This document shows positions 47,511-56,950 of a DNA stretch of 64,000 bases, piece by piece (position 1 is the stretch's first letter; each line of letters starts with the position of its first letter). The stretch covers positions 2,046,001-2,110,000 of the forward strand of contig OZ251233.1 of NCBI GenBank assembly GCA_965240325.2, in the 5' to 3' direction. Position numbers and translations under genes: made by a program. Below the pieces are notes generated by a model. The model ran no database searches and was not told the origin of the DNA. It saw only the letters and a program-made list of their open reading frames with translations. Origin of the DNA: Rebecca billardiae RCC1528 (Eukaryota; Protista; Haptophyta).

Positions 47511-48377
47511 CCCCAGCCGCAGCACAGATCACGTATTCGCCGCGTAGTGGCAATTTTTTGCCGATCAGACTCGATCATATATCAGCCTAGATTGTGATCA
47601 GCCATCAGGGCGCAGGCTGACAGTGAGTGACACTGCGCGGGAGCCGCATGCGGCCATGTCCGCCATGTGTGTGATACGTGACCGCGTAGCCGTAGGCCGT
47701 AGTACCTCGCTAGTCGCTCGGTCAGAGTATGCGGCAGAGCAGCCCGTAAGACGCTGCCGGGCTACTATATGTACAGTCACGTTCTTGTCTAAGAGGACGA
47801 GGAGAGCGCCAGTGCACCATACCGCACTCATCACAACAGCTAAGCTTCCAGCAGGCTCCATCTAAAGCTGCATCAAATGGTGCATTCTCAGACGATCGAT
47901 AGTGTTTCAATAAATACCTCGGCAAGGCGGCGCTGCGCTTGCGCGAAGGTACGCCTGCTTCCTCGCTCGTCCACAGCGTGAGCCCCGAGACGATCGCATC
48001 GTGCGCCAGGCGTGCGCTCACGGCTGAGGCCAGCGCGGACTGCTCATCGCCTCAGAATTGCCTCATTCTCAGGCGATGCTCGCATCGCATGCGCGCTGAT
48101 TGTAGGCGCGGCAAAGTCCGTGTGAAGTCGACGACGAGCAAGCTGCGGGGCACAGAGCGAAGCATGGCTGCGTTTATATGCTGCGCATGCAACGCGGCGC
48201 CTTCGCACGGCAACTCAACGGCTGCAGCGCCTCGCGCCGCGCACGCGCCAAGTGCCCATCGACGCCAACCCGCGCTCTCGTTCGGGCGACCGCGAGGTTC
48301 CGTTTGGCGCGAATTCTCGGTGCGGTCCGGAGCCAACGCGTGTCCGGGCCGCTGGTGGCGTCGCTCACAAGTCACGA

Positions 48378-50207
48378 ATGGCGGCGAACGCCTCCGCGGC
48401 GGTCAGGCTCCTCTGGCGCAAGTCGGGGCGCGGCGACGCGCGTGCGACGTTCCTTCTGGCGCGGCGGGCTGAGGATGGCGACGGTGTCGCGCAGGACGAG
48501 CGTGAAGCCTTTCGTCTGTACACCCTCGCCGCTGAGCGCGGCTTTGCCGATGCGCAGGCGAGAATGGGCCACATCTACGTGAAGGGCTCACTTGGGCAAC
48601 CAAAGGACTTGGAGGCAGCCGCGCGCTGGTACCGACTGGCGGCCGAGCAGGGCGTTGCCAACGCGCAGGGCGTTCTGGGCGTGTGCTACGCGCGTGGCGA
48701 GGGTGTGCAGCAGGATTGGGGCGAGGCAGTGCGCTGGTACCGGCTGGCGGCCGAGCAGGGCGACGCTGGAGCGCAGTGCGGTCTGGGCACGTGCTACGGA
48801 CGTGGCAACGGTGTGCAGCAGGATTGGGGCGAGGCAGCGCGCTGGTACCGGCTGGCGGCCGAGCAGGGCGACGCTGGAGCGCAGTACAATCTGGCCCTGT
48901 GCTATGGACGTGGCGACGGTGTGCAGCAGGATTGGGGCGAGGCAGCGCGCTGGTACCGGCTGGCGGCCGAGCAGGGCGACGCTGGAGCGCAGTGCGGTCT
49001 GGGCACGTGCTACGGACGTGGCAACGGTGTGCAGCAGGATTGGGGCGAGGCAGCGCGCTGGTACCGGCTGGCGGCCGAGCAGGGCGACGCTGGAGCGCAG
49101 TGCGGTCTGGGCACGTGCTACGGACGTGGCAACGGTGTGCAGCAGGATTGGGGCGAGGCAGCGCGCTGGTACCGGCTGGCGGCCGAGCAGGGCTATGCTC
49201 GAGCGCAGGTCAATCTGGGCTCGTGCTACTCGCATGGCGGGGGAGTGCAGCAGGATTTGGGTGAGGCGGCGCGCTGGTACCGGCTGGCGGCCGAGCAGGG
49301 CGACGCTAACGCGCAGTACAATCTGGGCTCGTGTTACGTGCAAAGTGAGGGTGTGCAGCAGGATTGGGGCGAGGCGGTGCGCTGGTACCGGCTGGCGGCC
49401 GAGCAGGGCGTTGCTGACGCGCAGCACAATCTGGGAACGTGCTACGCGCAAGGCGACGGTGTGCAGCAGGATTGGGGCGAGGCGGTGCACTGGTACCGGC
49501 TGGCGGCCGAGCAGGGCGACGCTAACGCGCAGTACATTCTAGGCACGTGCTACGCGCAAGGCGACGGCGACGGTGTGCAGCAGGATTGGGGCGAGGCAGC
49601 GCGCTGGTACCGGCTGGCGGCCGAGCAGGGCGACGCTAACGCGCAGTACAATCTGGGCGTGTGCTACGCGCGTGGCGACGGTGTGCAGCGAAATTGGGAC
49701 GAGGCGGTGCGCTGGTACCGGCTGGCGGCCGAGCAGGGCGATGCTCAAGCGCAGCACAATCTGGGCGCGTGCTACTCTCAAGGCGACGGTGTGCAGCAGG
49801 ATTGGGGCGAGGCAGCGCACTGGTACAACTCGGCTGCTGCTAGCGGGAGCGCACGTGCACACATCTTGCTGGGGTCGCTGAGGCTGCGGGGTGAGGGAGT
49901 GGAGCGTGACGTGGAGGAGGGCGCGCGGCTGCTGCGCTCCGGCCAAGAGCTCGATCCCGACCTCAGAGATCCAGCGTGCGATGTGCTGGCGTCGTTAGCT
50001 GGAGCGCGTGAGGTGGTCTCCCTGTGCTGCATCGCCTGCGGACAGACAGGCCGTGGTCTGAAGAAGTGCGAGCGGTGCCACGTGGCGGTCTTCTGCTCGC
50101 GTGAGCACCTGCGCAGCTCGTGGAAGGTGCACAAGCCCCACTGCAACGAGTGGTGCGCACAGGCAGCAGGTGAAGCCTCTGCCGCAGCTGCGCCCGCTGC
50201 CGTGTAG
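48378..50207 (+). CDS. Sel1-like repeat (14 repeats) plus MYND zinc finger protein, paralog 2
   Basis: Same architecture. Duplicated block about 45463-47519 versus 48174-50216 includes about 200 bp of upstream DNA. Confidence 0.93.
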   Translation: MAANASAAVRLLWRKSGRGDARATFLLARRAEDGDGVAQDEREAFRLYTLAAERGFADAQARMGHIYVKGSLGQPKDLEAAARWYRLAAEQGVANAQGVLGVCYARGEGVQQDWGEAVRWYRLAAEQGDAGAQCGLGTCYGRGNGVQQDWGEAARWYRLAAEQGDAGAQYNLALCYGRGDGVQQDWGEAARWYRLAAEQGDAGAQCGLGTCYGRGNGVQQDWGEAARWYRLAAEQGDAGAQCGLGTCYGRGNGVQQDWGEAARWYRLAAEQGYARAQVNLGSCYSHGGGVQQDLGEAARWYRLAAEQGDANAQYNLGSCYVQSEGVQQDWGEAVRWYRLAAEQGVADAQHNLGTCYAQGDGVQQDWGEAVHWYRLAAEQGDANAQYILGTCYAQGDGDGVQQDWGEAARWYRLAAEQGDANAQYNLGVCYARGDGVQRNWDEAVRWYRLAAEQGDAQAQHNLGACYSQGDGVQQDWGEAAHWYNSAAASGSARAHILLGSLRLRGEGVERDVEEGARLLRSGQELDPDLRDPACDVLASLAGAREVVSLCCIACGQTGRGLKKCERCHVAVFCSREHLRSSWKVHKPHCNEWCAQAAGEASAAAAPAAV

Positions 50208-50523
50208 CCCCAGCCAGTATACGCTGATCATCACTACAGCACGTTAATGATGTATCGATCATATCGCGTCATTATTGTCAGTCATCTGATCATGTCGCCC
50301 GACTCACGCTGCGCCGGCAGCGGCGCCCCTGCCCCTGGCCCTGGCGGCTGACGCGGGGCCGCGGCGCCCCGGAGCGGCGGAGCGGCGAGCCCGCGAGGCC
50401 GATTCTGACGAATGATCCGATATGATGACGACGAATTGCAACTACGATGCTGCTACTAATTGAGTAGCAGTCGTCATTACATCAGCATAAGCCACAGTGA
50501 ACAAAAACGGGATTATCGTTATA

Positions 50524-52506
50524 CCGTAACCCGTCCGACACGAGCCGATTTTCGGGGAATTTCTCGCGCGGGCCGCACGAGCGCACAGACGACGCTACGG
50601 TGGTCGCGCAGGCGCCTGGCGAGTGCCCCGGGCATGGGACTGCAACATCCCACCCAGCCTCCCCATCCCTCCGCCCCTCTCTGCCTCGCCGGGTTGCACG
50701 CGGCTGGCCGGTCACGTAGCTCGTGGTGAGCCGATTCGTGAGCGTGGAGCCCTGCTGCTCAGTGCGGAGATGCAGTGAGGCGAAGCGGCGCGTAAGATGG
50801 CGCATCTTACTCCGAAGCAGTCTGCTACCAGCACAGCCGCCCTCGCCGGAGTGCCTGGTCGTCACCTTCGTCGTGTGCACCCGTGTCGCGCGCTGCCCAT
50901 CAACGAGCGATCGTAAGCCTTCTCCGGAGCCATTCAAACACGCTCGTCCTCGACGAGGCGTGCGCGAGGCACCGCGCGAGCGCGGGAGCGGCCCTTCCTA
51001 GCATACTCCTGCACGGCCATCCACCTCGCCACAGCCTGCCATGTCACACTCCTCCCCGCAACAGTGCCCGCGTGCCGCGTGCGAGGCCGGCCCAACCCCA
51101 GGCAGAAGGGTGCACAGATATTTTCGACTGCGAGGAGACGGCGGCGAGCACAGGCGCGCGGCGCCGTCCCGCGCTTCATTGGGATGTTCTAGACCAGTCG
51201 CACGCCCGCGGCACCGCACCCGCCCTCTCCGCGTCGCGTGCCACTCCACGCCGCGTGCGCCCTCTCGGGCGACGTGAGAGTCGCCGTCGTGGCGATCTTG
51301 CGGCGGATTCGTACCCGCATGTATTCAACAAATACGACAATTAGACAAATCGCCGAGCTGAAGCGCACTTGGTCGCGCTGTGTGACGTCGCTCGCCGCAG
51401 GAAATTCGGTACGCGACGAGAGCACGGCGCACGCGCACGGCGCGGCGTGGGAGGCGGGGCGGTGGTGTCCTCGAGCCATCCCGCCCGCGCTGCGGTGCGC
51501 CAGCCGCCACCTCGCCGCGCCGTGGTCCATGCCGTGCGGCAGGCGTCGACCAGACCGACCTTGCTGCCCAACAGAGGGCCGCACCAGAAATTCTGTATTT
51601 GTTGAATACAGACTTACCCACGTGCCCGCGGTGCGGCGGCGCCCGTGGCGGCGGCGTGGCGCGGCGGCGGCGGCGCGGGCAGCCTGACGGGCCAGATAGG
51701 GCACGCCAGGTCGGGGCGATCGTGATGGGATGGTTCCATACGCATCAGTGCGTGCTCCTGTGCATCTCAAGAGCGCGCTGGGCGCCCTCTCTCGCGCCTA
51801 TGCCCATCCCACGCGGTCTGAGAAGCCTCCCGGTTTGGCCATTGTCGTGCCGTGCTCGGTCGTGGCTGCCCGGCGGGTCGGAGAGGTCGAGGCGAGCCGG
51901 GTCGTTCGCGACGGACGATGCCTATGGGTCATGGCGAATGCCAGCACGCAGCTCGGGCGCGCGCCCGGCTCCTCCTCGCCGCGCTACATCCACACCAAGA
52001 TCTGGCCCAAAACCAGGCTTCAACGGAGCGAAACTCAGTCTGGGAGCTGCTCAGGCCGCTGTGTGCGGTTTGGCGGCGTACAAACTTGTGGAGCGGGTGC
52101 CCACATGGGTCGAGCACAATGCTACAGAGCGTTTTCCCGCGAAACACCACTTCCTCGCCTCTCCGCGCGCGTGCCGTGCGGCTACCGTGAACTAGCTCAT
52201 CTTAACAGGTCACGTGTGGCCCGGCCCGTGGGGCGAGGGTGGGCGAGGAGGGGCGGGCGAGGGTGACGCCGCCCCGGGAAACCGCCTTGACAAGCCGGCC
52301 GACGCCTAGCAGCCCCCCTCGCGGCACACATGCGCGCACGCCCTCCATCCATCCACTCGGAGCGCGCCATCGATTCGAATGGGCGTGCGCACAACCGACC
52401 ATGCTCGATCTAACGGCTTCGGCCCGGTCTTCGGCGCACGAACGCGATCCTCTGAAAAAAATCCAACTACGCATCCCCACTGGGCGGAAGTGCGGACGGG
52501 TTACGG
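50524..52506. mobile_element. Non-autonomous Tc1/mariner/pogo-like element with decayed gene-like interior
   Basis: TA-CCGTAACCCGTCCG (50522-50537) and CGGACGGGTTACGG-TA (52493-52508) form a perfect inverted repeat including the TA TSD. Confidence 0.68.
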
Positions 52507-52607
52507 TAACGCCGAAAATCGCTTTCTTTACTGTCGTGGCTATGATATCATATCGATATCATCGCGACCGATCAGCATGATACAGCAGCCACGTAGGCAA
52601 GCGCAGG

Positions 52608-52609
<2 letters not shown>

Positions 52610-52662
<53 letters not shown>

Positions 52663-52715
52663 TAGATAGATAGATAGATATATATATAGATATATATATA
52701 GATATATATATATAT

Positions 52716-52761
<46 letters not shown>

Positions 52762-52799
52762 CGATCGATCGATCGATCGATAGATAGATAGATAGATAG
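52610..52799. repeat. Compound microsatellite (TA)n-(GATA)n-(GATC)n
   Basis: Directly visible. Confidence 0.95.
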
Positions 52800-52801
52800 T
52801 A

Positions 52802-53850
52802 TGACCGCGTTCCGCGGTCCTTTCTGCATAGAAGTCAACGACGCAGTTGGGGGCCCGCGGTGGCCGTGCAATCGCGGCTCTCCGCCGTGGCACTAGTTCG
52901 CCAGTTGAAGTACGGTTCTGAGTCCGACCGAGTTGTGTTTATTGTGAATTGTGACAGATCTGAGATCAGCTCGGATCCGACCCGTCCGCGATCGTGCAGA
53001 GTGAGTCGTGCCGCGGAGCTCGGAGAGTACTGAAAGAGTCGCGGGTGTGACAGCAGGGTGCTTTAGCGCTGCGGCTCGTGCCAGCCAACGACCAGACGTA
53101 CTCTCACTCTGGCCACTTGCTTGACCCGTTGCACGGGTGAGTGACCGTATACGCCCTCAGCAGGCCAGTGACTGGCAGTGAAAATGCGACGTTGTCGTTG
53201 ATTGCAACTAGGGCTGGGGGAGGCGGCGGCCGGGCGCGACGAGCCGAGCGGATTGGTGCACTGGAGATCCAATTCCCCGTGCACCAATCCAATCCGCTCG
53301 TCGTCAGGTGGCGCCGTTGCTGAGATCGAGCTGCAAACCCCTCAGCAGAGTGGGCAACGGTGAAGAAAACGGGGAGGGCTGTCGCAGCGCGCGCAGCGGT
53401 GGGTCGTGGGAAGAGAGAAGACTTGCCTCCCATCTGCAGCTGTGGCAGCGTTCCCTCTCGCGGCGGTGGAAGCCGACGACGAAGAGGATTCTGACGACGC
53501 AATTGTCGACGACTGCTGGGAAGCCGCTGCGGTGCCCACTCGGTGCCGTGTGCACAGCTGCTCAGTGAAATGGTACTGCTGATGAATTATGCTACGACTG
53601 CGCGCGCCGCGCGACTCGGAGTGATGGAGAGCGGATGGCGACAGCAGCAGCAGTCCTCATGAAGACGATGAAGCTGGCGGCACGGGTGCACGAGGTGGCA
53701 GGCGAAAGCGCGCAGGCGAGACGCATTTGACACAGCACCTGAGCCGCACTAGGCGTGTGCTCGCCGCCCCCCTGGATGGAAACTACGTTGGTTCTGACGG
53801 AAGCTAGACGAGGATTATGAGTGATATTATCGGACCGCGGAACGCGGTCA
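52802..53850. mobile_element. Non-autonomous TIR element with TA TSD
   Basis: TA-TGACCGCGTTCCGCGGTCC (52800-52820) and GGACCGCGGAACGCGGTCA-TA (53832-53852): perfect 21-bp inverted repeat. Confidence 0.78.
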
Positions 53851-53978
53851 TATCGCGACGACTATAACTAGTATAGTAGTAGCTTATACATACACACATA
53901 TATATATATATATATATTATTTTTTTGATGGCGGATGCTGATCTGCTATATGATTGATGCTATTCGATATGGGCGACA

Positions 53979-56699
53979 TCACGACGTTTGACGCTGCTCG
54001 TCGCGGCGGAGCTCTTGGACGATGCGTTCTGCCAGGCGGCTGCCCACGCCCGGACAGCGCCACTCCGCGGCCGAGAGCGAGAACGGGTCGCGCGCGCCGA
54101 CGTGCGCACGCAGCGAGAGGCCTCTGGCGTGCGAGAGGCCCTTCACGCTCGCGACGAGGCGGTCGATGACGTCTTCGGCGCGCGCTTCTCCGCGGCCGTC
54201 GGCGCTGCCGGTCGCGGCGTCGCTCGGCTTGCTCGGTGGCAGCGCGCGCGGAGCCTCGCGCCCGTTGGCTCGCGGCGGCGCGGCAGCGGGCTCGGCGGGC
54301 TCGGCGGGTGCAGCGGCCGTCGCCAGGAGCGCGTGCAGGTACTCGGCCTTCCGCGCCGCCGTGTGCAGCGCGCCCCACTCCCACCACGGCACGTCCACCA
54401 CCGTCCAGCCCGCCAGCTGCAGGTGCCTCACCTTCATCGCCGACTCGGGCCGCGCGCGCCGCGCCGCGTCGTAGTGCGAAGGCCCGTTCACCTCGACAAC
54501 GAGGCCCTCCCGCGCGCGCGCGCACGCGGCGAGCGCGAGGGCCTCGAGCGACGACGCGCCGGCGGCGGGGCCGCCGCCGCCCCGCGCCGCGCGCACGATC
54601 GCGATGTCCACGTGGTACCCCAGCCCTGGCACACACAGCTCGTTCACGTGCTCCACACCCAGCCGGCGGAGAGTTCCGGAAACGTCCATGTGCAGCTGCG
54701 AGGACGAGGCGGGCGTCTGCATCGACATCGCCTCGAGGCATGCGGCACGCATCGCGGGCGGCAGGCTCGGGACGGGTGCCCGAGGCCCCGCCGGCGTCAG
54801 CGCCGGCGCCGCGCGCCTATGCGCGCCCTCGCCCACGCCACCAGTGCCCTCGGCCGCGCCCTCGGCCGCGCTCGGCCCGGAGCCGCCCGCCGCCTCTGCG
54901 CGCGCGCGCTGTGCGCGGCTGCCCGCGCCCTCGAGCTGCAGCGACGCCTGGAACTGGTGGAGGGCGGCGCGCTCCTCGAGCGTGAGCGCGGCCTCGCCCA
55001 GCGCCGCCGCGCGCGCGACCAGCGCCGCCGCCAGCGCCTCGGGCACGTGCCGGCTCAGCGCAAACGCCCAGGCGAGCGTCGAGCACTCGGCGGCGCTCAG
55101 CGCGGGAGCGCGCGCTCGCACCTCCTCCGCCAGGCAGCCCATCAGCGCGTCCGCGTCGCGGAGCGGCCAGCTCGCCTTGGCGAAGGCGAGGACGGTGTTG
55201 CACAGCCCCGGCGGGCTGAGCGCGCGCACGTCGGCGCACAGCCGCGCCGCGATCGCCTCGAGCAGCCGGCCGTTCGCCACGCCGACCGCCGCGTGCGCCC
55301 ACGCGAGGTTGGCGAGCTCTTGCTCGTTGAACTCGTGCAGTCGGGGTAGCGCCTCCGCGCCGACGGCGGCGAAGAGGCGCTCGTCGCGGTGGCCGACGCG
55401 GGCGAAGGCGTACGCGGTGTTCGCGAGCTCCTGCGACTTGAACGCCGCGACGCGCGACGGCCGCCGCTCCCCCGCCACCGTCGAGCCGCCGACGATCTCG
55501 CGAGCGACCGCCTCGAACAGAAAGTCGCACGACTCGACGCCCGCCTTGCCGTACGCCCACACGAGGTTGGAGAGGCCCTGCGGCGTGAACGCGCCGACGC
55601 GCGCGAAGGCGTCGTGCGCGATGGCGTCGAAGAGGCGCTCCGCGGGCACGCCCGCCGTCGCGTACGCCCACGCCAGGTTCGCCACCTCCTGCGGCTTGAA
55701 CGCGTGCAGCCGAGGCGCCGCCTCTGCGCCGAGCGAGTCAAAGAAGCCCTCGGCGCGCACGCCCGCGGTCGCAAAGGCCCACGCGGTGTTGGCGAGGCCC
55801 TGCGGGATGAACTCGGGGAGGCGCGGCTCCGCCTCGGCGGCGATCGCCTGCAGCAGCCGCGCGCACTCGCTCCCCGCGCCCTCGGCCGACGGCGACGCCT
55901 GCGCCGGCTGCGGCACCGGCGCGTCGCCGGCGGCAGCGGCCGCCTTTGCAAACGCCCACGCGGTGTTGGCCAGCTCCTGCGCGTTGTACTGGTGCAGGCG
56001 CGGCAGGGCCTCGCGCGCGATGGCCCTGAACAGCGCGGGCGCGGCCACGCCCGCCGTCGCGAACGCCAGGCACAGGTTGGCCAGCTCCTGCGAGCTCAGC
56101 TCGTGCGTGCGCGTGGCGGCCACCTCGCCAATCGTCGCCATCGTCGCGCGCGCCGGCGGGAAGCCGAGGCGCGCCATGCCGTGGGGCACGCCGGCGAGGT
56201 TGCGCGGCGTGAGCCGGTCGATGATGCGCTCCGTGCGCGACTGCAGCAGCAGCAGCGAGAGCTCGTGCTGCCGGAACAGCTCGGCGCGCTCGCGGCGGCT
56301 CATGCGCGCCTTGCCCAGCTGGTTCCACATCGTGCACACGTTGATGTCGTTGAAGGAGGCGCTGTCGCGCTCGAAGACGCCGATGATCTCCTCCGCGCTG
56401 CACGCGCGCGCTAGCCGAAGCGTGATCTCGCGCCCGCCCTTCGAGCCGGGCGCGCTCTTCTCGCTGCGATGCACGCGCGCCGACGACGGCGGCATCGTCC
56501 GCCCGTGCAGCGGGCGCGGCCGCGATCGATGCCGGTGCGCGCCGCCTCGGCCGCCGCCCCCGTAGGGGCGGCGGACGGGATCAGCGGACGGGATCGGTAC
56601 GCTGCACGCCAGCCACACCAGCAGCACACATCCCACGCGCAGCGCGCGCAGCGGGCGCAGCTGGCGGGCGCGTGCCACCTTGCCGATGCGCCCCGCCAT
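53979..56699 (-). CDS. OPR/FASTK-like helical-repeat protein with C-terminal RAP domain (probably organellar RNA binding)
   Basis: About 38-aa repeats F(K/N/T)PQELANLAWAFA..G...LF.A; RAP motifs GYHVDIA, VEVNGPSHY, KVRHLQLAGWTVVDVPWWEW. Confidence 0.88.
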   Translation of the reverse strand: MAGRIGKVARARQLRPLRALRVGCVLLVWLACSVPIPSADPVRRPYGGGGRGGAHRHRSRPRPLHGRTMPPSSARVHRSEKSAPGSKGGREITLRLARACSAEEIIGVFERDSASFNDINVCTMWNQLGKARMSRRERAELFRQHELSLLLLQSRTERIIDRLTPRNLAGVPHGMARLGFPPARATMATIGEVAATRTHELSSQELANLCLAFATAGVAAPALFRAIAREALPRLHQYNAQELANTAWAFAKAAAAAGDAPVPQPAQASPSAEGAGSECARLLQAIAAEAEPRLPEFIPQGLANTAWAFATAGVRAEGFFDSLGAEAAPRLHAFKPQEVANLAWAYATAGVPAERLFDAIAHDAFARVGAFTPQGLSNLVWAYGKAGVESCDFLFEAVAREIVGGSTVAGERRPSRVAAFKSQELANTAYAFARVGHRDERLFAAVGAEALPRLHEFNEQELANLAWAHAAVGVANGRLLEAIAARLCADVRALSPPGLCNTVLAFAKASWPLRDADALMGCLAEEVRARAPALSAAECSTLAWAFALSRHVPEALAAALVARAAALGEAALTLEERAALHQFQASLQLEGAGSRAQRARAEAAGGSGPSAAEGAAEGTGGVGEGAHRRAAPALTPAGPRAPVPSLPPAMRAACLEAMSMQTPASSSQLHMDVSGTLRRLGVEHVNELCVPGLGYHVDIAIVRAARGGGGPAAGASSLEALALAACARAREGLVVEVNGPSHYDAARRARPESAMKVRHLQLAGWTVVDVPWWEWGALHTAARKAEYLHALLATAAAPAEPAEPAAAPPRANGREAPRALPPSKPSDAATGSADGRGEARAEDVIDRLVASVKGLSHARGLSLRAHVGARDPFSLSAAEWRCPGVGSRLAERIVQELRRDEQRQTS

Positions 56700-56950
56700 C
56701 GTCTGGCCTGTTTGTAGTAAATTACACGCGCTCAAATTCAGTCAAAATGGAAGCAAATGGAATGGTGGCCTCCACAGTGGTTCCCTGGTCTTGGAGGTCC
56801 CTTTGCACCCACGGAACGGCCCTTGCACGGAACCCCCTTGCTCCCCCTTGCCGCAATGCCGCGCCAGTCGTTTGTCTGGTGCGCGGAGCCAGCGCGCACA
56901 CGGCGAGCTTTGACCTGCGCGGCGGGTTGACGGCGTCGTGGCGCGAGCTC

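Noticed and set aside
45900-49850. CRISPR-like alternation of conserved and variable segments
   Set aside because: Units are exactly 108 bp and in frame, and the variable parts are homologous to each other. These are coding Sel1 repeats, with no cas genes and a eukaryotic context.
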